Shown here: one piece after another, positions 1 to 9,913 of the stretch
Layout: the number at the start of each line of letters is the position of its first letter
Numbering within the stretch: the stretch's first letter is position 1
Made by a program: the position numbers and the translations under genes
Source: Pirellulales bacterium
GTDB taxonomy: Bacteria > Planctomycetota > Planctomycetia > Pirellulales > Lacipirellulaceae
DNA: 64,000 nucleotides
Reading direction: 5' to 3'
Assembly (NCBI GenBank): GCA_022841705.1
Contig: JALHQZ010000005.1
Span: forward strand, 33,223 to 97,222
Notes under the pieces: model-generated
Seen by the model: only the letters and a program-made list of their open reading frames with translations
Database searches by the model: none
What the model was told of the DNA's origin: nothing

Positions 1-67
1 GCGACTGCGCTTTGGCAGCAAGTGCTGAACAGGCTAGCAGCAGAAAGAAAGTGAAAATGTAACGCAT
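1..67 (-). CDS. 5' fragment of a secreted protein; the gene continues beyond the window start
   Basis: The reverse complement of 1-67 reads ATG CGT TAC ATT TTC ... = MRYIFTFFLLLACSALAAKAQS, a signal-peptide-like N-terminus. It is absent from the ORF table because it is truncated. Confidence 0.3.
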   Translation of the reverse strand, partial: MRYIFTFFLLLACSALAAKAQS

Positions 68-244
68 GAAAAGTCTCCGCCGATTTGGGAAAGGAGCCAG
101 ATTTCGCAGTCCGCATTCTAACGCGCCGCCGATCCTCGGCCTACAGCGAGGGAAAAATAAGACTCCCTAGCCCGAACCGGAGTTCCAACCGATAATCGGC
201 GTTTCGCAGTTCAACATTTTTCCAACTCACGGAGACTTTTCGCC

Positions 245-763
245 ATGTCACGCGCCGGCGCCGTCACTTTCAAAGGAACCCCCATGACTCTGGCCGGCTC
301 TGCCGTTAAAGAAGGCCAAGCGGCGCCGGACTTCACCTTGCACTACTTCGAAGGCGGCCTGAAGCCGATCACCAAGGACAGCTTGAAGGGCAAGCCGACG
401 CTGCTGAGCGTGGTGCCGTCGCTCGACACCGGCGTCTGCGCGATTCAAACCAAGAAGTTCAACGAATCGCTCGGCGCCCTGGGCGACAAGATCAACGCGG
501 TGACCGTGAGCCTCGACCTCCCCTTCGCGATGAACCGCTTCTGCGGCGCCGAAGGGATCAAGAACATGAAGGTCGGCAGCGATTACCAAGACCGCAACTT
601 CGGCAACAGCTACGGCACGCTCATCGAAGAGCTCAAGATTCTCAGTCGCGCGACGTTTGTGCTCGATAAGGATGGCAAACTCATCCACGTCGAGTATGTG
701 CCGGAAGTGACCCAAGAGCCGAATTACGACGCCGCCCTAGCGGCGCTCAAGGGTGCGCTGTAA
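245..763 (+). CDS. tpx: thiol peroxidase (atypical 2-Cys peroxiredoxin)
   Basis: 172 aa. It aligns end to end with the E. coli Tpx pattern (VTFKG.P.TL.G, SVVPSLDTGVCA, LPFAMNRFCGAEG, EPNYDAALAALK). Confidence 0.9.
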   Translation: MSRAGAVTFKGTPMTLAGSAVKEGQAAPDFTLHYFEGGLKPITKDSLKGKPTLLSVVPSLDTGVCAIQTKKFNESLGALGDKINAVTVSLDLPFAMNRFCGAEGIKNMKVGSDYQDRNFGNSYGTLIEELKILSRATFVLDKDGKLIHVEYVPEVTQEPNYDAALAALKGAL

Positions 764-766
764 CCG

Positions 767-1675
767 TCAGCCGCGAAGCTCGCTTTCGGCCAGCGCCATA
801 ATCGTGTTCGCATAGATCTCGGCGATATCGCCCACGTTGCGCGCATATCCGCCACCCATGACGGTGACGAGCGGCAGTGCGCGCTCGCGAACCCAGGTGA
901 AGACCCGCCGATCGCGCTCCACGAGGCCCGCTTTGGTGAGCGCCATGCGTCCGTAACGGTCGTCAACATACGGATCGGCGCCGCTGATGTAGAAGACAAA
1001 CGTCGGCGTGAAGCGACGTTCGATCTCGGCGAGCGTTGCATTGAGCAGCGGCAGGTATGTCGCGTCATCGCAGCCATCGTCGAGCGGCAAGTCCAGATCG
1101 CTCACCGCTTTCTTGAGCGGGAAGTTTTTCGCGCCGTGGATTGAGCAGGTGAATACGTTCGCATCGCCGGCGAAGATTTCCGCCGTGCCGTTGCCTTGGT
1201 GAACGTCGCAATCGAGCACAAGAAACTGGTGCTTGTAGTACTGCTGCATCTGGCGAATCGCGACGGCGATATCGTTGAAGACGCAGAATCCCTGGCCGCG
1301 ATCGGCGGAGGCATGATGCGTGCCGCCCGCCAAGTGCGCCGCCCAAGCGTTTTCGTTCGCCGCAAAGTCCGCCGCGGCGATTGTGGCGCCAGTGGAGCGG
1401 AGGGAACGCTCGACGAACCCGGGCGACCACGGAAAGCCAATCGCCCGCTGCTCTTCGGCGGTGAGTTCGCCGGCGTGAACGCGACGGACATAGTCAGCGG
1501 TGTGAACTCGCAGGAGTTGCTCGTCGGTCGCCAGCGGCGCCGGTCGAAGTTCAATCGCCAGTTCTGCGGCAGAAAGTGCGACGAGTTCTCGCGCCAGCCG
1601 ATACTTGTCCCGCGGAAAAACGTGCTTCTCGGGCAGCGGGAGTTCGACGAAATCACTGTAGTAGACGGGGAGCAT
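767..1675 (-). CDS. histone deacetylase-superfamily amidohydrolase (AcuC/AphA-like)
   Basis: 302 aa with the HDAC signatures HHASADRGQGFCVFNDIAVA and GGGY. Confidence 0.85.
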   Translation of the reverse strand: MLPVYYSDFVELPLPEKHVFPRDKYRLARELVALSAAELAIELRPAPLATDEQLLRVHTADYVRRVHAGELTAEEQRAIGFPWSPGFVERSLRSTGATIAAADFAANENAWAAHLAGGTHHASADRGQGFCVFNDIAVAIRQMQQYYKHQFLVLDCDVHQGNGTAEIFAGDANVFTCSIHGAKNFPLKKAVSDLDLPLDDGCDDATYLPLLNATLAEIERRFTPTFVFYISGADPYVDDRYGRMALTKAGLVERDRRVFTWVRERALPLVTVMGGGYARNVGDIAEIYANTIMALAESELRG

Positions 1676-1790
1676 GGCGGAACGGCGACTCGCAGCAGGA
1701 AATCCTCGCCAATCGACGAAGGACTATGCGAATCTTAGTCATTGCGTAGGGCGAATGACCAATGACCAAGCCGAAATGACCAATTCGGTG

Positions 1791-2552
1791 TTACGCGGCC
1801 CGGCGGCCAGCGTCTTGCATCCGGCCTTCGACGAGGGTTACCGTGCGGTGTGCGCGGGCGGCGATGGCGGAGTCGTGCGTGACCATCACAATCGTCAGGC
1901 CCGCTTGCTGGTTAAGCTCGCCGAGCAGGTCGAGGATGCCTTCGCCATTGGCTTGATCGAGATTGCCGGTCGGTTCGTCGGCCAGCAGCAGCTTGGGCGA
2001 GTTCATCAATGCGCGGGCAATGGCGGCCCGCTGCATTTCGCCGCCGGAGAGTTCGCGCGGTTTGTGGTGCAGCCGCTTGCCGAGGCCGACCCGTTCCAAG
2101 ATCGCGGTGGCTTGGGCTTTGAGTTTGCGCGCTTGCGTCCAGTAGCTGAACACGCCGTAACGGATCATTGCCGGCAGCAGCACGTTTTCGAGCGCCGTCA
2201 TTTCGGGCGTGAGGTGATACGCCTGAAAAATCATGCCAAAGTAGCGGTTGCGCAGCAGGTCGCGCCCGCTGGCGGGGAGATTGTCGATGCGGTGGCCTTC
2301 GAAATGCACCTCGCCGGCGTCGGGCTGATCGAGCGTGCCGAGCAGGTGCAATAACGTGCTTTTGCCGCTACCACTTTGGCCGATGATCGCCAGCATCTCG
2401 CCAGCGCGCACGGCGAGGTCCACGCCTTGCAGCACCGGCACACTGACCGGACCCTTGCGATAGGTCTTCAGCAGCCCGCGGCATGCGAGTAGCGTAGGCC
2501 GCTCGGTCGCAGAGCGCGGCATCAGTTCGGCGAGGGTGGGATTCGGTCGCAT
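1791..2552 (-). CDS. ABC transporter ATP-binding protein, LolD/MacB-type
   Basis: Walker [10 protein letters not shown], signature [15 protein letters not shown], Walker [13 protein letters not shown]. It is adjacent to an FtsX/MacB-type permease. Confidence 0.85.
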   Translation of the reverse strand: MRPNPTLAELMPRSATERPTLLACRGLLKTYRKGPVSVPVLQGVDLAVRAGEMLAIIGQSGSGKSTLLHLLGTLDQPDAGEVHFEGHRIDNLPASGRDLLRNRYFGMIFQAYHLTPEMTALENVLLPAMIRYGVFSYWTQARKLKAQATAILERVGLGKRLHHKPRELSGGEMQRAAIARALMNSPKLLLADEPTGNLDQANGEGILDLLGELNQQAGLTIVMVTHDSAIAARAHRTVTLVEGRMQDAGRRAA

Positions 2553-2561
2553 GATTTTTGA

Positions 2562-4097
2562 TTACTCCCAACGCAAAGCCGACACCGGATGCAATCGCGC
2601 CGCGCGCCACGCCGGCAGGATGCTCGCCAGCACGGCGATCGCCATCGCGCCGAGGGCGATCCAGGTGACGGTGAACGGCTCAACGATCGTGGGAATGCGA
2701 TAAAAATAGTAGATCGAAGGATCAAACACTTTTTGGCCGGTGAGTTTGCCCAGGCCGTCGGCGATTTCGTTGATGTACTTCACGAACAAGAGCCCGCCAA
2801 AGAGGCCCACGCCAGAACCCACCACGCCGAGCGTCAGACCGTAGCTGAGAAAGATGCCCATCACGCCGCGCGAGCTGGCGCCCAAGCTTTTGAGGATGCC
2901 AATGTCGCGGGTTTTTTCCACCACAATCATGAAGAAGATCGCCAGGATACCGAAGCCCGCGACGGCGATAATCATGAAGAGCAGCACGTTCAGCACAGCG
3001 GTTTCCATGCTCACCGCGGCCAGCAGCGGTCCCTGCTTGTCCATCCAAGTGCTCACCACGATGTACTCGGGCTGGAAGGTCGCTTGCAGTAGGTCGCGGA
3101 CCATTGCCGGATCGACACCAGGTTTCACTTTGATTTGAATCGAGTTAAAGTTGCCGACCTGCGTGATGGGGTCAATCATCCCCCGGAGCTCTTGCATTTT
3201 CGCGAGCGGCACGAAGACGAACGACGCGTCGTACTCGTTCATTTTGCTTTCGTAAAAGTCGGTGACGGTGAACTTGGCCGACAGCGGCTTTGGCGGGCGA
3301 CCGGCGGAGGGGTAGGTGATCTCCACATCGTCGCCCGGGAGAACCAGGAATTGATCAGCGCCACTCGCCGCGCGGTACGAGCCGATGGAAATCCCGAGCA
3401 CGGCGCCGGTATGCTGTTCGGTTAGTGGATCGAAAACTTCCTGCGTGGCTGGCGTCGTAGCGAGGAATGGATCCGCGCTTGCCAGAGCGTTGGAATTTTC
3501 CGCACTGGGCGTAGTTGCGCCGGGAGGTGTGACCGTCGTGTCGATGGGCTTACGCCACTGCGAAATCTGCCGGCGCCATTTCCAGCCCGCGATTCGCATT
3601 TGCTCGCGCGCGGTCGCGAGCGCCGGATTCTCGGCTTGGTGATCGTACTGATCGTAACCTTGTTCTTTGAGTTTGAAATCGAGTTGTTTGCGGTTCTCAG
3701 GATGTTGGAGATACTGGCCGAAATCACTTACCGAGGAGTAAGTCGCTTCGTCGATGCCGATGAGCGTGATCTGCTTGTTGACATACTGGTCGCCCACTTG
3801 AAAGCCGAGCATCGCGGGGACATTCGCTGTCGGCGTCATGCCGGCGATGTACTGCCCCGCCACTTCACGAATCTTCGCCATGTGGCCGGGAGCGTCGGCG
3901 ATGCCATCGAGACTCCGGCTCTCTACCACCAGGTCCGACAGGATGCCATGAATGCGGTCCTGCATCTCGTGCGCAAAGCCCGCCATCACGGCGTTTACCA
4001 CAATCATCGTCGCCACGCCGAGCATCACGCTCACCACGCTCGCCAGCGCGATGTAGCGCGTGCGCAGATACCGCAGGCAGAGGATCAGCTTGTACAT
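2562..4097 (-). CDS. ABC transporter permease, LolC/E-FtsX family (MacB periplasmic domain plus FtsX C-terminal TM bundle)
   Basis: 511 aa. It has an N-terminal TM helix, a large periplasmic domain, and a C-terminal FtsX-like helix cluster (GILKSLGAS...). It sits 10 bp downstream of the ATPase. Confidence 0.8.
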   Translation of the reverse strand: MYKLILCLRYLRTRYIALASVVSVMLGVATMIVVNAVMAGFAHEMQDRIHGILSDLVVESRSLDGIADAPGHMAKIREVAGQYIAGMTPTANVPAMLGFQVGDQYVNKQITLIGIDEATYSSVSDFGQYLQHPENRKQLDFKLKEQGYDQYDHQAENPALATAREQMRIAGWKWRRQISQWRKPIDTTVTPPGATTPSAENSNALASADPFLATTPATQEVFDPLTEQHTGAVLGISIGSYRAASGADQFLVLPGDDVEITYPSAGRPPKPLSAKFTVTDFYESKMNEYDASFVFVPLAKMQELRGMIDPITQVGNFNSIQIKVKPGVDPAMVRDLLQATFQPEYIVVSTWMDKQGPLLAAVSMETAVLNVLLFMIIAVAGFGILAIFFMIVVEKTRDIGILKSLGASSRGVMGIFLSYGLTLGVVGSGVGLFGGLLFVKYINEIADGLGKLTGQKVFDPSIYYFYRIPTIVEPFTVTWIALGAMAIAVLASILPAWRAARLHPVSALRWE

Positions 4098-4208
4098 AGC
4101 GCGAGGGGGCAGCAGGCTGGAGGCAGAACGCGACCGGGCCGGAAGAATAGCGGGCCGCGCCGCGGGGGGCCAGAGAGAAACGCGGCGCTGGTGCTAGCAG
4201 TCGCCCCT

Positions 4209-5783
4209 CTACTTCTCGGGCCGCAGCAGCGGAAACAGAATCACATCCCGAATCGACTGCGAATTGGTGAGCAACATCACCAGTCGATCGATGCCCAAAC
4301 CCAAGCCGCCGGCGGGGGGCATGCCGTGGCGCAGCGCGCGGATGAAATCGTGGTCCATCTTGGCCATCGAGTCTTCATCGTTGAGACCTTCGAGTTGCGT
4401 TTTGAACAGTTCTTCTTGCAGATCGGGGTCGTTCAGCTCCGTGTAGGCGTTGGCGACTTCCATCCCTTGGATGAACAATTCAAACCGCTCCGCAATCGCG
4501 GGGTTCGTGCGGCTGCGCTTGGTGAGGGGGCAGATACTCGCCGGGTAATCGGTCACGAAGATCGGGCCCACGAGCGAGTCTTCGACGGTCGCTTCAAAGA
4601 CATCGTTCTTCACCACATCAGGATGCCGGCCGGCTGTTTCGATGTGCAGTTTCTTAGCGACTGCGGCGACGGCGGCGGCATCGGTCGGCTCACAACCGGC
4701 GTGCGTGGCGAAGAGCTCGTCGTAGGTTTTTCGTGCAAATGGAGGTGTAAAATTGATGCTCGTTTCGCCCCACGGCAGCACCATGCTCGCGTCGCAAACT
4801 CCGGCCGCTTTGATCGCATCGACAATTATCGCCTCCGTTAAATCCATCATCGAGCGGTAGTCGCCGTACGCTTGGTACGCTTCGAGCATGGTGAACTCGG
4901 GGTTGTGCTTTTGGCTGATCCCCTCGTTGCGATAGACGCGGCCGAGCTCGTAGACGCGCTCGATGCCGCCCACGAGCAGCCGCTTGAGATGCAGCTCGAG
5001 CGCGATCCGCATAAACAGATCGATATCGAGCGCATTGTGGTGCGTTTCGAACGGCCGAGCGGCGGCGCCGCCGGCGATCGAATGGAGCGTGGGGCCTTCC
5101 ACTTCCACGAAGCCGCGCTGTGCGAGCGTTTCGCGCACGCTGCGGACGATGCGCGAGCGGGCAAGGAAGCGCTGCGTGACGCCATCGTTGTACGCCATGT
5201 CAACGTACCGCATCCGCTGCCGCAGTTCGGGGTCGGCGAGGCCGTGGTGCTTCTCCGGCGGCGGCTCAAGACTTTTCGTGAGAAAGTGAATCTTGGTGGC
5301 GAAAATCGACAGCTCACCCGTGTTCGTGAAGCCAAGCGTGCCATCGACGGCGATCAGGTCGCCGAGATCAAGCTGCTCGACCACGGCCCAGGTGTCGCCC
5401 ACTTGTTGCTTGCCGACCATCAATTGCAGTCGGCCCGATTGATCCACGAGGTCAATGAAGACCAGCTTCCCCGCAGTGCGCAGCAGGCGAATGCGCCCCG
5501 CCGCGCGCACGGTGGGGCCGACGACTTCGCCCTTGCCGTTGTCCGCTTTCCACTGGCGGAAGTTGAAATCGGGGATGGAAAAATCGGGCAGCGGCAGTTC
5601 CGCGCCCGTTTCCAGCTTGTAGCGCACCTCGCCCGCGCGAGCCCGCAGCTCGCCGATGGCGGAATGACCGTCGATCCGCTGACCCCACGGGTCGAGCCCC
5701 AACTCGGCCAAGGCGTGCAATTTCTCCCGCCGGGCGACGAGCGGATCGGTGGCGCCAGCAGGGCTATCGGGGTTTTCAGACAT
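4209..5783 (-). CDS. lysS: lysine--tRNA ligase (class II)
   Basis: 524 aa with an OB-fold anticodon-binding N-terminus and class II motifs (FMRIALELHLKRLLVGG, YRNEGIS, GGLGLGIDRLVMLL). Confidence 0.9.
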   Translation of the reverse strand: MSENPDSPAGATDPLVARREKLHALAELGLDPWGQRIDGHSAIGELRARAGEVRYKLETGAELPLPDFSIPDFNFRQWKADNGKGEVVGPTVRAAGRIRLLRTAGKLVFIDLVDQSGRLQLMVGKQQVGDTWAVVEQLDLGDLIAVDGTLGFTNTGELSIFATKIHFLTKSLEPPPEKHHGLADPELRQRMRYVDMAYNDGVTQRFLARSRIVRSVRETLAQRGFVEVEGPTLHSIAGGAAARPFETHHNALDIDLFMRIALELHLKRLLVGGIERVYELGRVYRNEGISQKHNPEFTMLEAYQAYGDYRSMMDLTEAIIVDAIKAAGVCDASMVLPWGETSINFTPPFARKTYDELFATHAGCEPTDAAAVAAVAKKLHIETAGRHPDVVKNDVFEATVEDSLVGPIFVTDYPASICPLTKRSRTNPAIAERFELFIQGMEVANAYTELNDPDLQEELFKTQLEGLNDEDSMAKMDHDFIRALRHGMPPAGGLGLGIDRLVMLLTNSQSIRDVILFPLLRPEK

Positions 5784-5972
5784 GCGGGTTTTAGCCGCGG
5801 GCGTTCCGCCCGCGTTCTTTCGGAACCAAATACTGTACTCCGCCGACTATAAGTCGACAGCTATTGATGCGAACGAACCGCACATTGTGCCGGTCATTGT
5901 GCGGGCGAGTCAAGTTGACGCCGTTCGCGGGGCCGCGTAGCATTCGCTGCCCCAGTGTGAGGAACAGCCGGC

Positions 5973-6680
5973 ATGAAGCGTTTTTACCAAATTGCGTTGC
6001 GTGCCGTTTTGGCGGGAGCGCTGCTGGTGGTACTCGGCCTCGCCGGCATGTACTGGGCGATTCGTTCTACACCGCCGCAGTACGCGGCCGCGGTGGCGGA
6101 GCAAGACCCGGCGAAGCTGGACGAAGATCGCCGCGAGCTCGAAAGCCAACTCGCCATCGCCTACAGCGATTCACAGCGGTCGGCGCCCTGGGCGGTTTGC
6201 GTTTCGGACGATCAGCTCAACGCCTGGCTCGCCACCCAATTGCCGCTTGATTACCCGGAGCTTGCCCAGCGGGGTTTGAGCGAACCGCGGATCATCTTCG
6301 CCCCGCAGTCGGCCCAACTGGCGTTCCGCGCCAAGTTCGGCAGCATCGACACGGTGGTCTCCGTCAACGGCAACGTCTTCGCCACCGAGACGGGTGAACT
6401 AGCGATTGAATTCCAAAACGCGGCGGCCGGCCGCGCGGCGATTCCGCTCACTTTTGTGGTGCAGGGGATCGACGAAGGCATTCGCCTACGGCAGTTGCCG
6501 TTCCACTGGGCGCCGGGCGAAAGCCGGCACGTGCTGCTGGTCGATTTCGAACGGCTGGCCTCTTCGCCCGAGCAAGCTCGGAAGCTGAGCGCGATCGAAG
6601 TGCGCGAGGGCGAAGTGTACGTCGCCGGGGTGACGACCGATCGCGATGAGCCGGAATACAGCACCGCGCAACGGCCGTAG
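5973..6680 (+). CDS. hypothetical membrane-anchored protein
   Basis: 235 aa with one N-terminal TM helix (LAGALLVVLGLAGMYWAI). I recognise no family. Confidence 0.5.
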   Translation: MKRFYQIALRAVLAGALLVVLGLAGMYWAIRSTPPQYAAAVAEQDPAKLDEDRRELESQLAIAYSDSQRSAPWAVCVSDDQLNAWLATQLPLDYPELAQRGLSEPRIIFAPQSAQLAFRAKFGSIDTVVSVNGNVFATETGELAIEFQNAAAGRAAIPLTFVVQGIDEGIRLRQLPFHWAPGESRHVLLVDFERLASSPEQARKLSAIEVREGEVYVAGVTTDRDEPEYSTAQRP

Positions 6681-6756
6681 CTTTTGTACGATGGGCTCCT
6701 AGCCCGTCGCGAATTGAGTACCCGCCGCCCGACGGGCTGAAAGCCCATCGTATAAA

Positions 6757-7152
6757 TTACGCACGCCACAGCAGCCACCACTCGCCGACCGTGCGTACGA
6801 GTTCCAGTTCACCGGTGAGCGGTCCCGAAAGAATCCGCACCACCGCACGTTCTTCTTCACATATGCGCCATTCGAACTCTCCCGCGGCCACACGCTCGAC
6901 ATCACCGCGGTCACCCGAGAGCGGGCCTTCGTAATCGAGATACACAATGCGGTGATCGGCCAACCGATCGACGCTGAGTGTTATCGGCCCCTCCGCAGGC
7001 CATGGATTCTCTGGCAGCGACCATGTGCGCAGCACGCCGTCGCGCTCAAGCATCAAGTCCCAATGCGGACCAGACCGGTAGGTGGCGGGGCAACCGTGGT
7101 GGAGCAAAGCGTAGCGCGGCATGACCGCATTGTAGCAGGCATTCGCGACCAC
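6757..7152 (-). CDS. stand-alone LigD-N-like domain protein (DNA ligase D 3'-phosphoesterase-type)
   Basis: ALLHHGCPATYRSGPHWDLMLERDGVLRTWSLPENPW resembles the HH..H.DLRLE.DGVL.SWAVPKGP motif of LigD phosphoesterase domains. A likelier start is MPRYALL at 7122. Confidence 0.5.
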   Translation of the reverse strand: MVANACYNAVMPRYALLHHGCPATYRSGPHWDLMLERDGVLRTWSLPENPWPAEGPITLSVDRLADHRIVYLDYEGPLSGDRGDVERVAAGEFEWRICEEERAVVRILSGPLTGELELVRTVGEWWLLWRA

Positions 7153-7154
7153 TA

Positions 7155-9491
7155 TCAGCGCGGGGCGATAGAAATGACCTCTTCACGGAACTGTGCCTCC
7201 GGCATCGCTTCCGAGCGATACTCGACTCGCACTCGCGCCTCGCCCGCTTGGGCTGCGGTGACCACGACCACCACGGGAAGCGGTTCGTTCGGGCGGAGTT
7301 CTGCCACCTTGTCAAAAGTTAAGAAATAGCGCGTATCTGTGTTGAACTTGAGGTTCCGGGCGGAATTAGCGGTGGTGGTTGTTTGCAGATCGGGCGTGAA
7401 TTGCGGGGGGATGCCGATGCGAAACTCGACGTTGCGCTCCGGCGTGAGGCCGGTGTTGGTGAGCGTCACGTACAGCGTCGTCCGTTTGCCCTCCTGGACC
7501 GCGGTGGTCGTGATGGCCGCCTGGATATTGCCGGGCGCCGGCGCCACGCCGCCGTCGTTCGGCGAGTTCAGCGGCCCCAGCACTTCCACATCCCAACTGG
7601 CCCGCGCTTCGCGCTGCATGTTGTCGGCCACGGCGGTGACGGAGACCGTCGCCACGGGATCAGGCTGAACGCATTTGAATTGCAATTGCAAGCTGGTTTG
7701 TGCGCCCGCTTCCAATCGACCTGCGGTGTACTGCAACACGCCGGGACGCTGGAGCGATTCCGTATTGACGGGGTCCAACGCGGGATCGTAGTTCACCGTC
7801 ACCAGCATATTCGCGGCGGGGGTCGCGCCCGTGTTGCGAATCACAAAGGGGAACGTGGCAATTTCGCCCACGGTCCGCCGACGCTCGCCTTGAATGGTGA
7901 TCTCGAGTTGCGGCGCCGCGGCCGATGCGGGCGGTATCACATTTACGCAGTAGCGGTCCGTTCCTTGCGTCACGCCGTTCAGGCTGGCCTCGGCCACAAC
8001 GCACTGCTTACCGAGCGCGAGCGTACCGAAGTCGAGCACGGGAAGTGAAATCGATTCGCCCGCGCCCAAGTTGTACGTTTGCTCGGAATCAACTGCATAG
8101 ACGCCCTGCCGCGCCGCGGCTTGCGAAAGCCCGCGGTCGAACTCCGCCCGAACTCTGACGCCTGTTGCCGGGGCATTCCCGGCGTTGCGAACCGTGATGA
8201 GCAGCTTCGCCGGTTTACCGAGCTCGACATCGGGGCTATCGGGCGAGGTGATCCGCACTTCCAAATCGGGCGCGCCGGTGGGCGGCGGCGGGGTGGTTGT
8301 GGGCGGAGTACTGGGCGGCAGGTACTGCGGCGGGATCGTCGTGCCGGTTCCTGGTTCCGGCGTCACCGGCAGCGCGGTGGGGGACCATGTAATCGCCGCA
8401 GCGCCAGTGCCGACTTCCACACGGGGGCTGGCCGCCACGCCCGCTTGTTCGGGGCGAATGACGGTGATCGCGACGTTCGTCGTGCCAGGGCCGTTGTCGG
8501 TGGGTGTGAGCTCCACACTCGCGCGGCCGCGGTTGTCGGTGGTCGCTTCGGTGGTTTGGCCCGCTTCATAGCCCAAACGAGCGCCGCTGCCCCCTTGAAC
8601 CGTGTAACGCACGATCCAGCCGGCGATGGGGGCGCCGTCCGTCTTGCGCGTGATCGTGGTGGTGAGAATATGCTTCTGCCCCGCCGGCACCGTGACCGAC
8701 GGCGGGAATTGCCATTGGGCATCAACCCAGTAGATGGTGGCGATCGCGCGGCGAGCAGGCCAGTTGCCCACGCTCGGTGCATACGCGGTGACGTAGCTGG
8801 TTCCTTCGGCTGCGCTGGTAACGGTGACCCACGCATCGCCAGGGGTGATTTGCAAATCGTCCGAAGTGTCGGCCGTGCCGCGGTCCAAGCACTTGTGAAC
8901 CGGCGTGGAATAACTCACCGCGTAGGTGTTGTCGATCTTCTTCGACTTCTCCCACGGCAAGCGGAAGATATCGCTCTCACCCTCTTCACCGATTTCTACA
9001 AACTGTCCCGAGCCTTGCTGACCGAGCATCCATTCGACGCGGCGATTCGTGCGCGTGTAGCCGTCTTGGTTGCACACACCGGCTCGCAGCACCACTTCGC
9101 TGCCGACGGGCGCGAGCACCTTGCTGGGGGTGAGTGTAAGCCGTTCTTCGGGCACATCCACGACTTGGCCACTAGCTGGATCGACGGCCGTGGTGGAACG
9201 ATCGCCGTGGAAGATTTGATCGAAGAGATCACCGCCACTGCTGGTACTAGCGGCGGGCGCAGTGCCGTCGCTGAAGACCGGGGGCGCAACCACGTTGCCC
9301 GCGCCGCCGGAGAACGTTGGCGCCGGAGCGGTCACCGTTCCCGCAGGAGCAGTGGCCTGTTGGTTCGGGAAAATCAAAAACCGTTCGCCCGAGGGATCAA
9401 TCCGCGGCAGGCCAGCGCACCCGGGCAATAAGCACTGCGCAGCGAGGATCGCGGCGAGCGTGATTCGGGTGTGGGGAGTGGGGCGGAACAT
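7155..9491 (-). CDS. DUF11-repeat (conserved repeat domain) surface lipoprotein
   Basis: The ORF runs 7155-9665, but the first plausible start is MFRPTPHTRITLAAILAAQCLLPGCAG at 9491, a lipobox signal peptide. Repeated DUF11-like beta-sandwich segments follow (VTVRNAGNAPATGVRV, FVIRNTGATPAANMLVTV, VTLTNTGLTPERNVEF) with T/P-rich linkers. Confidence 0.7.
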   Translation of the reverse strand: MFRPTPHTRITLAAILAAQCLLPGCAGLPRIDPSGERFLIFPNQQATAPAGTVTAPAPTFSGGAGNVVAPPVFSDGTAPAASTSSGGDLFDQIFHGDRSTTAVDPASGQVVDVPEERLTLTPSKVLAPVGSEVVLRAGVCNQDGYTRTNRRVEWMLGQQGSGQFVEIGEEGESDIFRLPWEKSKKIDNTYAVSYSTPVHKCLDRGTADTSDDLQITPGDAWVTVTSAAEGTSYVTAYAPSVGNWPARRAIATIYWVDAQWQFPPSVTVPAGQKHILTTTITRKTDGAPIAGWIVRYTVQGGSGARLGYEAGQTTEATTDNRGRASVELTPTDNGPGTTNVAITVIRPEQAGVAASPRVEVGTGAAAITWSPTALPVTPEPGTGTTIPPQYLPPSTPPTTTPPPPTGAPDLEVRITSPDSPDVELGKPAKLLITVRNAGNAPATGVRVRAEFDRGLSQAAARQGVYAVDSEQTYNLGAGESISLPVLDFGTLALGKQCVVAEASLNGVTQGTDRYCVNVIPPASAAAPQLEITIQGERRRTVGEIATFPFVIRNTGATPAANMLVTVNYDPALDPVNTESLQRPGVLQYTAGRLEAGAQTSLQLQFKCVQPDPVATVSVTAVADNMQREARASWDVEVLGPLNSPNDGGVAPAPGNIQAAITTTAVQEGKRTTLYVTLTNTGLTPERNVEFRIGIPPQFTPDLQTTTTANSARNLKFNTDTRYFLTFDKVAELRPNEPLPVVVVVTAAQAGEARVRVEYRSEAMPEAQFREEVISIAPR

Positions 9492-9517
9492 CGACCGGGA
9501 CGGACTTCCTGTCTCTC

Positions 9518-9596
9518 GGGTGCCACTGTCCGGGTTGTCCGGCAGTGGACAACGGGTACACGCTTCCCACTGCCGGACAAGCCGGACAGTGGCACG
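9518..9596. promoter_or_regulatory. two tandem 26-bp palindromes CCACTGYCCGG-N5-CCGGRCAGTGG
   Basis: 9523-9548 is CCACTGTCCGGGTTGTCCGGCAGTGG and 9567-9592 is CCACTGCCGGACAAGCCGGACAGTGG. They lie 27-105 bp upstream of the DUF11 lipoprotein start at 9491 on the minus strand. Confidence 0.8.
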
Positions 9597-9913
9597 CAAG
9601 CGCGCAGCACCGCTAGTCTGGGGAACTCTACCGCCTGGGCAGGGTGGATGAGGCGAAATCGCCACATTCTGGGGTGACTTTTCGCCTCATTCAGACCGGT
9701 CGGGCGGGTTATCCGGATTTGACGGGCGGATCAACGACTTGCGTCGATGGAGAGAGGTCCGATTTCGCCTAACCGCGCTGGTTTTCTTGCTTTACCCAGG
9801 CTGCCCGATTACGATCAGGAATATCCGAGCGCTGCTCGGCTGAACCATTGAGGGTCGATCCTGCGCATTGTGATCGACCTCAGCACACCTGCTGCAACAC
9901 GCGACAACTCCCC

